The notes under the pieces are model-generated. The model searched no databases. It was not told the origin of the DNA and saw only the letters and a program-made list of their open reading frames with translations. 64,000 bases of DNA, from the NCBI RefSeq assembly GCF_006345805.1, contig NC_043012.1, positions 17,484,001-17,548,000 on the forward strand, read 5' to 3'. Made by a program: the position numbers and the translations under genes. Below are positions 43,022 to 56,479 of this stretch, piece after piece (the first letter of the stretch is position 1; each line of letters starts with the position of its first letter). The stretch comes from Octopus sinensis. Its lineage: Eukaryota.

Positions 43022-43619
43022 TACAAGGTACCGGGAACAGGGGGTGAAGCGGGTGCACCTGCACCTTGGAATTTTCAGGTGGTGCAAGATCAAAATTTGC
43101 ACCCCCTACATAATTTTACCAGTTTCAGAAAATAGTGTCTAAAATATTATCTGTATAAGATGCTTGAGGCTAGATTTCGTTTCAAAGTAAAAACAAAGAA
43201 CAAAAATAAATGAATAAAAGTGATGAAGCTGGGCTTTAAATTCCCAAGGGAATTTATGACTAACCAACTTCTGAAGCAAAGTAGGGTCAAAATAAAAAAG
43301 TATTTGACAACAACAACAGTAGCAGCAAACAACAAGAACAACAACATGGACAGCATCTACGGCTACTCTTCAATACATAGCATTACTTGGATTCTTGAAG
43401 ACAGCTCTATTCTGACAAAAATAACTCCAAAATTTTGCAATGCTGAAAATGTATGAAGGTTCTTGTCCTCTCTCAGTCTGTCACCTCTCTCAAATTCTTT
43501 GTAGTTGATGTTGCTAAAGACTGACGACATGGCTGAATGGATTCGACTGTTTGACTTCAGCCTAAAAATATAAGCCTGAAAGGCCTTGACAGGTATCTTC
43601 AGCTAGCAGGCCTTACTAC

Positions 43620-43665
43620 TCTAAACTGATGACGGGCAAGACCCAGAAACATGCATGTCCCTAGA
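43620..43665 (+). ncRNA. Type I hammerhead ribozyme
   Basis: TCTAaa-CTGATGA-C-GGG-caaga-CCC-A-GAA-ACATGCATGT-C-ccTAGA. GUC site and palindromic helix III. Confidence 0.75.
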
Positions 43666-43881
43666 TGCAGGACTAGCTGTTGTGGGTGCTTGTTCCCACT
43701 TCGTAAATATATAAGGACCCAGGAAATGTGTCAAGGCCGACAGGAAGCGTTGATGCTTCCTAGGGCTAAATAGCGGTGTGGTAATTCCCTTTACTGGAAT
43801 GTCACGTTATTTTGACAGTATACAACCGCTCTATCGCTCCACCACCGCTCATATCTCCCTGAGATATTTAGAAATTTAATA

Positions 43882-43920
<39 letters not shown>

Positions 43921-44115
43921 ATCAAATAGGGTAATAAAATAAATTATTATTACCAGTGGCCTAGCACAAAAGACGAATTAGTCTTTAGACTATATATTTT
44001 TCGTATAGACATATAATAAAAGGCTTCCAAATAAGGAAGCGTAGTGCTAGAAACACAAAAAGGGATAAATTCATGAAAGGAATGAAAATTAAAACCATTT
44101 ACCATCTCAGCTATA

Positions 44116-44191
44116 TCCCAGACCGAACGGTTTCTACCTATTTTTAGCAACCACACAGAATATATTTGCCTGGCCAGGTTCTTCAGTAGGA
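44116..44191 (-). ncRNA. Type I hammerhead ribozyme with long helix II
   Basis: TCCTA-CTGAAGA-ACCT...AGGT-A-GAA-ACCGttCGGT-C-TGGGA. All three helices form and the site is GUC. Confidence 0.75.
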
Positions 44192-44214
44192 AGCCTTCGT
44201 AATCCTAGACGCAC

Positions 44215-44491
44215 AGACTGTTAGAAGCACATGTAGATCTAACGGTTTGTATATCCTATCTTTTCAAACCTCTGCGCAGACGCAAACCATACCGGGCGAA
44301 CAGAAATTTATCAAGCAATATTTAAACTACGAAGGCTTTCCACTGATTATGTTTAAATATTGCTTGATAAATTTGTTCGTAAATTTTTTACCGGCATCCT
44401 CTCTGTTCGCCGGGTATGGTTTGCGTCTGCGCAGAGGTTTGAAAAGTTAGGATATACAAACCGTTAGATCTACATGTGCTTCTAACAGTCT
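44215..44491. repeat. Long near-perfect inverted repeat (~110-bp arms)
   Basis: AGACTGTTAGAAGCACATGTAGATCTAACGG...TTTAAAC versus GTTTAAA...CCGTTAGATCTACATGTGCTTCTAACAGTCT. Confidence 0.9.
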
Positions 44492-44606
44492 ATATATATA
44501 TAAAGGTATTTGTGTGTGTGTGTTTGTCTTAAAGTGGTAAAAAATATAATGTAATATAATATAATATAATATAATATAATATAATATAATAATATAATAT
44601 AATATA

Positions 44607-44660
<54 letters not shown>

Positions 44661-44920
44661 GACGGTTAGTAAAGAGAGACATAAATAAGAAAGAAGAAAA
44701 CAAAGGACCGCTCATGCGGTCACGGGAGTGTGACGAAAGAACTCTGGCCGAAACAAGATTAAGATTAAGGTAACAAATAAATAACACTGAAGCAAAATAA
44801 CACCAAATACATAGTGCGTGTTTTTATTGGCTAAAGTGGCAAAATGACCATTCCGAAATATAACAATATCTGTTCAACACAAGACTTCACATAAAAATAT
44901 TGCACAACAAATATATAAAC

Positions 44921-45003
<83 letters not shown>

Positions 45004-45589
45004 ATGTACTTTTGTGTACCAATCTATCTCTCACTCTCTCTTTCTATCTATCTATCTTCGTTTCTCTATTTCTATTAATAGCAATCACAGCAGCCTAGTT
45101 TATATGAATCTTCGTGGGATATAGTTTATATACATTCATACATAGTAATTTCTACTAATGTCATAAACCTCTACATTTGTAGATGTGGGAATCTGTTCAC
45201 TTGAATTGCTCCAGTAAATACCTAGAAATTCTTTTATCGACCCAGTAATGATGACAGTTAGAGATAAACCCAACGGGATTTCATATTTTAAGTCTGCGCG
45301 TAGTGGGACGACCACGCTAAATATTGATGTATTCGTTTGTTGAAACGTGTATGCAAATGTATGGCTTATAGAAATGTAGAATGTGTCAGATAAGCTTGTA
45401 TGTATATCGGTGTATGCGCGTTGGTGAATGTTAATCAAATACCATCGAGGGTTTGCAATTGATAATAAAATAAAATGATAAAAACAATATCAAAATAGAA
45501 TAATGTTGTTCGTTTGTGTCGAGATATCTGTGCAAATACGTATTAGGTGGTAGTTGTATATTTGATTTTGTGTGGGTGTATGTGTACTC

Positions 45590-46008
45590 TCTCTTTTACT
45601 TGTTTCAGTCATTTGACTGTGGCCATGCTGGAATACCGCCTTTAGTCAAGCAAATCGACCCCAGGACTTATTCTATCAGTCACTTTTTCCGAACTGCTAA
45701 GTTACGGGCACGTAAACACACCAGCATCGGTTGTCAAGCGATGTTGGAGGGGCAAACTCAGACAGACAGACAGGCAGACAGACACACACACACACACATA
45801 CACATACACACTCACATATATATATATATAGATATAGACATATATACGTCGCGTTTCTTACAGTTTCTGTCTAACAAATCCACTCACAAGGCATTGGTCG
45901 GCCCGACGCTATACTAGACACATGCCCAAGATGCCACACAGTGGGACTAACCCGCAATCATGTGGTTGGTTAGCAAGCCACTTATCACACAGCCACTCCT
46001 ACGCCTAT
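45590..46008 (-). mobile_element. SINE family 1, full length
   Basis: CTTTTACTTGTTTCAGTCATTTGACTGTGGCCATGCTGG...CACAGCCACTCCTACGCCTATA. Confidence 0.9.
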
Positions 46009-46289
46009 ATGTATGTATGTATATACGTTGTTTTTATACGTATGTATGTGTGTGTGTATGTATGTATGTATTTATGTAAGCATGTATGTATGTGTGTGTA
46101 TATGTTGCTTTTATACATGTGTGTATTAAGGCATGTATGCTGGGTCCGCAGATGTCCATCTAGGGAAGACAGCTGTGCTAACGGTAGCTAACTAGCAGAG
46201 CTTTTTGCTGAATGTTTGTGTCTTTCTATCGATGACCTGAGTTTACTAATCTGCCCACAGGATAATTTCCTACTAACAAACCCAATGGT

Positions 46290-46950
46290 TTTAAATTTCG
46301 GCACAAGGTAAGGGATTTTGAGAGGGGGGGTGATGTTTAGTCGATCACATCTACCACATTAATTCACTGGTACATTATTTCATTGACCTAGGAAAAATGA
46401 AAGGTTAAAGTTAACCTCAGCGAGTATTGAACTCGTAAAAAAGCGTAAAAAGCCACCAGAAATGCCATTAAACATTTTGTCCGACTTGCTAACGATTCTG
46501 CCAGATGGCCGCCGTTTTGTTTCAAATTTTGACACAGTAATTTTGAGAGGAAGGGATAAGTCGAATATATGAATGCCAGTGGTTGGCTAGGACTTTATTG
46601 TATCGACTGCGAAAAGGTGAAAGAGAGAAAATGGACCTCGTGAGAATTCAACACAGAACATAAAGAGCCGGTAGAAATGGCGCAAAGCGTTTTGTCCGAC
46701 GATTTTGACGGCTTACCTCCTTTTTAACAGAAATAATCCCTTCTACTATGCGCAGAAGGGCTGCGATTTTGTGGGGAGGATGCTAGTCGATTACATCGAC
46801 CCCAATGCTCAACTGGTACTTATTTTATCGACTTTGAAAGGATGAAAAGCAAAGTCGAGCTCGGCGGAAATTGAATTCAGAACATAAAGATGGACGAACT
46901 TCCGCTAAGGATTTTGTCCGACGTGCTAAAAATTCTGCCAGTTCACCAGA
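46290..46950 (-). mobile_element. Three head-to-tail SINE family 2 copies (tail A)
   Basis: The unit GGCACAAGG...GTCGAT...ACTGGTAC...GAAAGG...CATTTTGTCCGAC...CTGCCAG starts at ~46290, ~46520 and ~46740. Confidence 0.8.
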
Positions 46951-47204
46951 TTCCTGCAAATCAGAAATATCAAAAGAAGTATCAGTGGCCTTTATCTGAG
47001 TGATCATGATCTTCCCTCTACGAAAATTGGCCATGGGCTTGCATCAACGAAAAGGTGATTATTGTAAAAGACGAGGAAAGCTTCTGGTAGGATGAGATAA
47101 CCACAGTATAATTTCAATCCTTTGTTAAAATAATTTCTTTAAACCTGCCTCACAAGCCGCCATGGTTTTGTCTAACAAAACTTAAATTTTTTTACATTTA
47201 ATCT

Positions 47205-47410
47205 TCTTTTTTTACGTTTTAGTCATTTGCTTTGGGCCATGATTGAGCACTACCTTTTCTCGAAGAAATCGACCACAGGACTTATTCTTTGTAAGCCTAG
47301 TATTCTATCGATTCTTTTGCCGAACCGCACATTTTCAGGAAGGTGATTACACCAACATCCGTTGTCAAGCTGTGGTGAATGGAACGAAGACAGACACAAA
47401 GATACATACC
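47205..47410 (-). mobile_element. SINE family 1 3' half, interrupted by a mariner
   Basis: GGACTTATTCTTTGTAAGCCTAGT...TTTTGCCGAACCGC...GTTGTCAAGC. Confidence 0.75.
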
Positions 47411-47423
47411 ATAAATCTATATA

Positions 47424-48633
47424 TTGAGTCTTCCAATATATTATGCGTTTTTTAATACTTAGTTTATTTTTCAAAATTAAGATTTCTAATATAAGATATT
47501 CTCTCCATAATTTTCTACAATGCTCTTCCGTCTATCTGGTAGACTTTCAAGGCCTCTCTTCCAAAATTCGCTTGTCTGTAACGAAAAATACTCATTCAAT
47601 ACTGTTCTAACATCGTCTACAGAATTCATATATTTTCTGTCCAAATGATTTTGAAGATTGCAGAATAAATGATAATCAGTTGGGTCAATGTTCTGCGAAA
47701 ATGGTGAGTAGGCATCGCTTCCCATTCAGACTGCTCCAGCCTTTAGAATGTCATCCTCGCTGTAGGTGGCCGAGCATTATCCTAATAGAAGAATACCTTT
47801 TGTCTTGAAGGCAAATATGGTTGTGTTCCTTCTAGGGCTGACTTAAGCTGCTCAAGCTGTTCGCAGCAGATCTTTGTTATCATTTGGTTTGTGTTCAAAG
47901 TAGACTTAAACTTTCATATCACACTACACAGATAACAACACCTTACGTGGGTGAAAACCTTCGTTAACCTGTGGTGCCGGCATCTCTCCTTTCCATACCC
48001 ACTGTCTTCGGCGCTTGATATTTTTATAAGGAACCCATTTCTCGTGACCAGTCACTACACGGTCCTAAAAAAGTTCATTCGTGAGATGAGACAGGAAAGA
48101 AAAAGACACATTCACATTCTACGCGCGAATAGACTCGGAAAGTTTGTTAGGAATCCATTGATTCAATTTGTTGATTTTCCGATGGCGTGAAGGTGTCCAC
48201 GAATGATTGACTGACCAAATCCAAGTTTCTCTGCTAGTTCCTCAAGAGTTACAATAAGATTTCGTTCTACAGATCTTCCTGGACGAGGCTCATCTTCTAG
48301 GCTGTAGTTTCCGGCTCGGAATTTCTGGAACCACTGTTGACACTGGCTAACGCTTATTTTGCGATCCCCATATACTACATACCTTGCATTTTCTGTTTCG
48401 TTGTTGCTTATATTGAACTCATAAAGCAAAATATGCTGAATATGCCCTTTTGTCCCTTCAATTACAGCTTTGAAAAAAAAAGTGTTAAAATCGAATTGCA
48501 CTCTTCAAAACTTGCACTAAGGATAGACACGTAAAATTACTACCTGCTTCTATAGAAAGTTGATGCAGGTAGTTTATTTCGTCTCCCTCCGACTTTTAGC
48601 TGAAAAAACCGCGGTATTTAAGGGATGACACAA
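47424..48633 (-). mobile_element. Mariner transposon, transposase pseudogene
   Basis: TIR-like TTGAGTCTTCCAATATATTATGCGTTTTTT and AAAAAACCGCGGTATTTAAGGGATGACACAA with TA flanks. Fragments include WFQKFRAGNYSLEDEPRPGR and SPFSQNIDPTDYHLFCNLQNHL. Confidence 0.9.
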
Positions 48634-48693
48634 TATATATATATATATATATATATCAAATGAAATAAATGAAAAACAGGACACAAAGAATAT

Positions 48694-48788
48694 TGCGGTA
48701 CATATGTTTTGAGCTTTATAGAATACCTTATTCTTACATCAATGCATAATCGACATAACAGATAGTTCAAAAGCCCTCTTCAGCCGCA
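48694..48788 (-). ncRNA. Type I hammerhead ribozyme with long helix II (GAAA mutated to AAAA)
   Basis: TGCGG-CTGAAGA-GGGCTTT...AAAGCTC-aAA-ACATATGT-A-CCGCA; perfect 5-bp helix I. Confidence 0.7.
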
Positions 48789-48881
48789 TGCAAAGACTTG
48801 TATCACATTATGAAAGGTTTGAGAAAAAACATTTGGTATTGTTTATAATGGTAGTTAAAGCGAGTATCACTGGGAAAATAT

Positions 48882-48967
48882 GTCGGAATAAAAATTCAGC
48901 ATTGAACTATTCCGGTGAAAAATATATTTTTCACCGGAATAGTTCAATACTGAATTTTTACTCCGAC
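48882..48967. repeat. Near-perfect palindrome (~43-bp arms, no spacer)
   Basis: GTCGGAATAAAAATTCAGCATTGAACTATTCCGGTGAAAAATA followed by TATTTTTCACCGGAATAGTTCAATACTGAATTTTTACTCCGAC. Confidence 0.9.
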
Positions 48968-49454
48968 TAGACAATTTGTCACCGAAATGCATTGCGAATA
49001 AGCCCGCCATTTTCATAGATATGTAAAGATAAACATTCGTACATGCTACGACGAATTCTACGGTTGGCTATCGAGCTTGTAATGTTATGTTTTCTCTTAT
49101 ATTTCTTGAGTTTGTTGCACTAATGAACATGAAATGCATATTCTGCATTAAATGCGAAATCACATGTGATATGTAACTGAATTCTTTTTTAAAATGATGT
49201 GTTTTGAAGTTTTGCATTCGGTAAAATTTTGTTTATTTTTAGTAGTTTTGACCGCATTGGTCCCTCTTAGCGTGTTGGTATCTACGAATAGTAGTACCCT
49301 CAATATAATATAAATGAATATTTTCAAGAGGAAGAATTTACGATTTTTTTCTCTTACGAGGTTTTTCACGCTGACTACTGATAATTTCTTTTAAAGATTT
49401 TATCCTCAATTGTTATTAATATATATTATATATTATATATATATATATATTATA

Positions 49455-49568
<114 letters not shown>

Positions 49569-49619
49569 GTATGTATATATATATGTGTGTATATATATAT
49601 ATTACACACACATGTATAC

Positions 49620-49893
49620 ACACGACAGGATTCTTTCAGTTCCCGTCTACAAAATCCACTCACGAGGATTTGGTTTGGTCAGCCTGATGCTTTAGTAGAA
49701 GATACTTGCCCAAGGTGACACTTTATATTTGTATTTTTTAATCCTTTTTGTTTCAAATTATCGATCTCAGTCTATCACAGCACATTAGGGATGTATCTCC
49801 CTTGCGGAGGTATCTCCCTTGGGTAGATATCTGCTTTTGAGTCGACCAAAACCTTCTGAGAGAATTTGGTTGAAGGAAACTGTGGAAATCAAT

Positions 49894-49932
<39 letters not shown>

Positions 49933-50150
49933 CACACACACATTTGTATATTATATATGTGTGTGTCTAAGTGTGCGCGTGTATATTTGTATGTATTTGT
50001 GTTTGCCTATCCCCTACACACAGCTGAAAAGAGTTGTTTGTTTACATCTACGTAATTTAGCAGATCCTCAAAGAGCCATATAGTAAGAACCAGACTGAAA
50101 ACCCTTCAACGCAGTGCCCCAACACAGCCGCAGATCAACGATTGAAACAA
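49620..50150. mobile_element. Two decayed SINE family 1 fragments in opposite orientation
   Basis: 49620-49718 minus (TTCTTTCAGTTCCCGTCTACAAAATCCACTCAC); ~49820-50150 plus. Confidence 0.65.
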
Positions 50151-50521
50151 TCAGAAGGTAAACTCTCCCTCTATTTCTTTAAATTTCATCCTTTGTATAT
50201 CCTTCACAAGGCCATATGACACCATGCCACTTCCACGAATTTGATGCTTCGCTCATTCTAAGATCTGTATATTTTCTCTTCTTTCAGTCTATTAAGTATT
50301 CTGTCTACTCTTTATGAGTGTCTATATATAATTTACCAATGCTGTTGATGCTGGTGGCCTTGGTATGTTGTTGCTGGTGCTGTGATTATTGTTGCTTGGT
50401 TGCATTTATATACGTTGTATTATGCGCTTGTTTATTCGATGATGGAGGTATAAATTATACCACGATGTGGGTAAGTATAGATGGGTGTGTAAATGACTCT
50501 TTCTCTCTCACTCTCTATCTA

Positions 50522-50598
<77 letters not shown>

Positions 50599-52035
50599 GT
50601 CTTTCTCTCTCTATCAATCTATCGGGCGATCGAGTTATATATAAAGGTATGGGTGTATATATGTATTTTATGCATGTATGAATGTATGCGGCTGAGCGTC
50701 ATATGAACATATGGTGTCGTTAGCATACAACGAAGTGAATATCTGTGAGTATATGTGTATATTGTGTATGGAAGCTTGTCACTCAAACAGCAGGCGACAA
50801 CTGAAGACCACACTCATTATAATAATGTCCCATGAACTGAATATTAACATTAACTTGCAACCACGTTCTGGTTGCATAAAACATGGCGACACCGATAGAT
50901 GGGGAAAGTGCAATTTCCTTACGACATATAGAATCTGTCAGTGAACTGTCAGCCTCTATGTATTTTACTTATACACACGTACACACACACACACTCACAC
51001 ACACACAAACACACACACGCATACACACGCATACACATACACACACTCTCTCTCTCAAACACACACATATATGTACATATATATATAGAGAGAGAGTGAG
51101 AGAGATGCATATACTCACACCAAAACACACGCGCACACAAAAACTCACATACACACTCACATACACACAGAGACACACCTGCACACACACAAATACATGT
51201 ATATATGTGTATATATTCCCATATTTTTATATATCTCTCTCCCCTGTCTCAATCTCTGTCTTCCGGTCTTTCTCTTTCTCTCTCTCTCTCTGTCTCTCTC
51301 TGTATATATATATAATTATATATATATAATTAAGGGTAGAAATTGATATTAGTCAATTAAAACCAGTGGTCTAGCATATTAAAAAGAATCCGAAATATTT
51401 TATATATATATATATATATATGTATCTACTGCAATGCATGCATTTTGCACGTCTTGATATATGCCTGGGGTTTTATTTGTAATCAATACATAACTTTGTG
51501 TGTGTATATTTATAATCTACGTCTGTTATGATATATGTTCCACTGAATTTGTCTGAAAACTTTCTGTCTAAATTGAATACAAATTACTTTAACTGTTTAA
51601 ACATCAAGTGACAGCATGCTAAGGATTATATCGTGTATATCCATTCAATAAAATGTCATTTATGGAGGTGAATGACTATATAACAGTTATTATTGTTTTT
51701 CAGATTTCAGAGTCAGTTAGGTAACATTCAGTTCTTTTATTTTGATTAAATAATGCCTTCTCACTACCATCATACATACCATTAGTGAAGTGGAAGGAGT
51801 GTTTCTTTTAGAGTTACAAGTTTCAGAAATGGCATTTATATGTTTAAAGCTCTTAACTGTGGACATCGATCTCTTGAGTATAACGAAGAAATGGGTGTTA
51901 TTTCTAGAGAACTATATATATAGTTTTTTTTTTGTTTTTTTTTTACTTACGCATCGAAACGAAAATCTGCTTTCAATCATTATTTTTTTACTCACCTTTG
52001 CTTAAAAAAAAACAACCAGCGCACAGTGAATATAT

Positions 52036-52085
<50 letters not shown>

Positions 52086-52611
52086 ATATATGTGTATATA
52101 CATACATAAATACATACATACATAATATATATATATACATACACGCACACACTGGCGTGCACACACAAACACACACACATATGTATAAGTTCATTGAAAG
52201 TTTTAGTTATTTTTTTCTCCTGTGAAGTTCTTAACTCTGGTGAAAATACCTCTGTGCAGTCTTCATAGAATGTGTTGTAACATTTACTCGAGAGTATTTG
52301 TATTCCTGATGTCTCCCTCACTCTTTCCTCCTTCCTAACTCTCTTTATTTCTCTCTCATTGTCCGTAATACACGCTCAAAGCATATACGTACGATTACGC
52401 ACATGCGTTAGTGCATGAGTTTATGAGTGATTGCGAGAGGGGAAGTATATATTTGATATTGAAAGGATTACGCACATTTTGAATATATTTATATTTTTTA
52501 GGAATCAGGGTTATGTAAAACTAGACCGTGCACTATCAAAAACTGGTTAATGTTGACAATATATTTTTGCTAAGTAAGATCGCTTTATGAACCCTAGTTA
52601 CAATAATTATA

Positions 52612-53040
52612 TTGGTGTGGTGCATAATTATTGCGGCTTTTTCTCCGACAAATTTTATTCAATAAAAAACAATAAGATGCCGACGACCGCTTTGTTCAAA
52701 GCCTCCCTTGACCTCAAGTGGCCTGAACTCTTTACATGAATACCACCCTGTACTTAACTCCATGTCCCCCTACATGGCCTTGCTATTTGCTTTTGAGCCA
52801 AATTAACTAACTAAATAACTAACTAACTAACTAATAATATTTAACAAAAACATCCTTAAATGACGGTCTGACCATCTGCCAAGCAAATGGGAATCAGTAA
52901 TCGAAGTAGATGGTGAATATGCTCCGGAATAATCATTTAATGATGTTACAAGTTGCTACATGTTGTTACATGTTGTTATGGTTTTTGTTGAATAAAACTT
53001 GTTGAAAAAAAAAAGCCGCAATAATTATGAACCAACCCGA
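52612..53040. mobile_element. Tc1/mariner-type MITE carrying a 5'-truncated LINE-like insertion (~52677-52833, (AACT)n tail)
   Basis: TIRs TTGGTGTGGTGCATAATTATTGCGGCTTTTT and AAAAAGCCGCAATAATTATGAACCAACCCGA, with TA flanks. Confidence 0.75.
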
Positions 53041-53449
53041 TACATATATTTATTAGGAATCAGGGTTATGTAAAACTGGACCGCGAACTATCATAAACTG
53101 GTTAATGTTGAGAATATGCTGTTGCTACTCCAGGTAAGATCATGTTATGAACATAATTACAATAATTATAATTAATTTGTTTCTCACAAATTTCATGGTG
53201 CATACACACAATAATGAAGCCAGTATAATTTTCAAAATAACGATATTTATTAAATTGAATGAAAATTGAATAAAATAAATTTTCTATTTCTATATATGCA
53301 GTCAATATGCTTACAATAACAGTAATAATGTTTAAGTATGAGTTAATTACAGATGCAAAATTACCCTCATATTATCCAATAGGGTTTATGTCATCACAGT
53401 TTCTACGAGGTGACCGTGACACCAATTGTGAGTATTATTACGATGCCTG

Positions 53450-53850
53450 TTTCGATTGATTACGTTCAAATTCCGCGTATGGTTGACTTTACCTTTCACA
53501 CTTTAGGGCCGACAAAATACGTACAAGCTAATGACTAGTGTCGATGTAATTGAATTTCTCTTTCACCTTAAAATGCTCGCCTTTTGCTTTAAATTTGGAA
53601 CAGTTATTACGATGATGCCTATAAGATATATGTTCTTTTCTCCTCTATGCACAACGCCGGAAATTTCTGGGGAGGGGGCCAGTCGATTAGATCGAGCCCA
53701 GTATGCAACTGGTACTTAATTTATCGACCCCGAAAGGATGAAAGTCAAAGTCGACCTCGGCGGAGTTTGAATTCAGAACGTAAAGACAGACGAAATACTG
53801 CCAAGCATTTCGCCCGGTGTGCTAACGTTTTTACCAGCTCACCGCCTTGC
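53450..53850. mobile_element. Two SINE family 2 copies, tail to tail
   Basis: Plus-strand decayed copy at ~53450-53600; minus-strand copy at ~53640-53850. Confidence 0.8.
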
Positions 53851-54110
53851 TTATTAGATAAATATTGCTACACACCTATAGTCATACGTGAACAGATACA
53901 CATGCACATATGTACACACACACACACACACAGCACAGACACACACAACACCGCGTTTAATTATATCGAATTATATTAAGTCCGCATCCCTATCTATCAA
54001 CAGAAAGCGATATCAAGCAAACGAATGAGACTCGGCTTTGCCAGCCAGCCATAACTACATCTTCAAATCACGCCCTGCTGTCTTAAAACAGGTAGGATCA
54101 TGTAGATTAT

Positions 54111-54197
54111 AGGCTTGCTGTACATGGTTTGACTTGATAATGAAGTCTTGCTGTACAAGGTTTGACTTGATAATGTAGGCTTGCTGTACATAGTTTG
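54111..54197. repeat. 33-bp tandem repeat, ~2.6 copies
   Basis: Unit AGGCTTGCTGTACATGGTTTGACTTGATAATGA. Confidence 0.85.
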
Positions 54198-54637
54198 TAC
54201 AGCTGGTCTACATTGCTTGACTTGAAACTAAACAGAGATAAAATCCCCTCGTAAAACCATATTAAGAATTGAGCAAACACATTGCCTTGTGCTAGCTTTC
54301 TTCTAGACTCAGATCCTTCTAGACTTTGATCCTTATTCATGACGACCTAGGATTAAACTATCCACAAAAGTACCTACTATTTTGATATATCATAGACAAC
54401 ACTGTCCAATATTTACTTCTTTTTTCAAGCAGAAGTGTATGATCATAAATATATTTAGCCCTTATTATTAAAGATTTACCATTAAACATAAAATACGAAG
54501 GGCGAAGTTGAGGATGTGAACACGAAAAACATGGAGCGGAACAAATAATACAGATCCTCTTACCTGACGCTTTAAAACCTCTGCCATTTCGCCGCCTTTA
54601 TAAATCGATAAATGGTGTCTGTATATGTGAGTGAATG

Positions 54638-55429
54638 TAGGTGGCCTGATCAATAAGTATCCGCACTGTTCTCATAGTAACGAAGCTAAAGCAGTAAAAC
54701 CGCTTGGCACAGGTTTCCCGTGAACTCTGTTGTGCATGCGCACTAAGTTTCGACGTTCTAGTTCAGTCCAGCTGTTTACAGCAATGCTTGGAAGGAACGT
54801 ATGTAGCGTGTGATTGTCGCATTGACCAAGAACAAATTGAGCAGAGAATCTGCACCAAATTTTACCAAAAGCTTGGCGATACCAGTTCAATGTTTTCAAA
54901 AAGTTGTCATCGTTCTTGACACAATCAAAGAGATCTCGTGGACCTGAGACCTGTGTGTCTTTTCGGTCAGCTGAAAACGGTTTGGGCACAAACTTAGCAG
55001 ACACGGATGGTGATTCAACGATTTCACCTCACAGCTGCACGCACGTCTGGGATGTTTTTCTCAGTCTTGCTGATGGCGGGTCTCCCAGAACGTTCGTTAC
55101 TATCGACATCTTTCGGCCATCTTGGAAACGTCTGAAAGACTTGTGTACACGTGTGCGATTCATACACTCCTTTACATACACGTTCTGCAACTTTGCACAT
55201 ACCTCTGAGCAAGTATCGCCGTGACAACGCCCTCTCTCATGGTCATAGCGACGATCACATGCTACACACCTTCCTTCCAAGCACTGCCGTAAACAGAAGA
55301 ATTGAGCTAGAACTTCAAACCTTAGTGCGCATGCACAGCAATGTCAATATTTGCCAAGCGACTTTACTCTGCATGCTTTATCTTCGTTACTATGGCAACA
55401 GTCCTGATACATATTGATCAGACCTCGTA
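54638..55429. mobile_element. Non-autonomous mariner derivative made of two inverted 5' ends
   Basis: TIRs CTGATCAATAAGTATCCGCACTGTTCTCATAGTAACGAAG and CTTCGTTACTATGGCAACAGTCCTGATACATATTGATCAG. The transposase N-terminus is present on both strands (EQRICTKFYQKLG on plus; CSEVCAKLQNVY...FRRFQDGR on minus). Confidence 0.85.
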
Positions 55430-56479
55430 TGCGTAATGCTTCTGTGAATGTGTTATTCGCAATTCCTTAACGTTGGTAATATGTTTCTAAGAAGACTTTA
55501 AAGAAATATATGTTGTCGTATTTACTTACCGCATATTTGGATTCCTCTTTCTTCTCCCTTTTATCATTTTTCTATCTATGGTTCGCATGTGACTGTGAAT
55601 GTGTGAATGGGGAGCAATGAAATTTAAGTATCTAAGCTAACCTACACAGAATTTCTTCTTTTAGTTGCAACAGCTCAAGCAGTATTTCCCGATATATAGT
55701 GCTCGTAACTCCAGTGGGTACTAAAACTTACTTCAGTGGGTGCTGGAAACGTTTTCGTGAAAAACATTTTTCTTATGTTAAATCTACTTGCCATCAAAAT
55801 GTCAGAACATTCCCGCAAAAAAAAAAGTGAGAGAACTGCACATGTCGCAAACACGTTGGTAGTCATTTTATTCTATTTTCTATGTTTTAATATTTTCGTT
55901 ACTATGACACCACATCTGTCTAAGCATTTCTATCTTCCCGTTTCACTATATCTCTACCTTAAATATCTTCCACACACCCACACACAATTCGTCGTTATGT
56001 AATTTGTTTGTGTTATTTCTACTTGTACACCTGTTTTCAACTACTTGTTTTCAACTTTTATATTGATAAAATCTATAACAACATACCAATCTCTAGTGAG
56101 GATAATCCTTGCTTTTACTCTCTCTTACATGGTATTTTCATTTGTCTCTTTGTGTGTGCAGTTAATGACGGTACGTGATTCCAACGTACCTGCAAACTAA
56201 GTCCATATTATTGACGAGTAAACCAGAGTAACGACTCTGATGATCAGAAAATACATTATGGTTTAATGCATCAGAAATGACCCTGGAGCTTTTAATCGAG
56301 CAAAACGTACCTTTCGAATTAAATAAAAAAAAATTAATAATAAACGGTAAAACTTAGAAACATTCAATACGCAGATGCATCGAGTTTGTTTTTTAAACTT
56401 TATAAAAACTTCGTTTGAAAGAATTAGATAACTTCCCTCAGTTGCCAAACCAAAACCAGTTACATACATATAACGTGAA

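Noticed and set aside
43030-43110. CAGGGGGTGAAGCGGGTGCACCTGCACC, possible hAT-type terminus
   Set aside because: No matching second end found.
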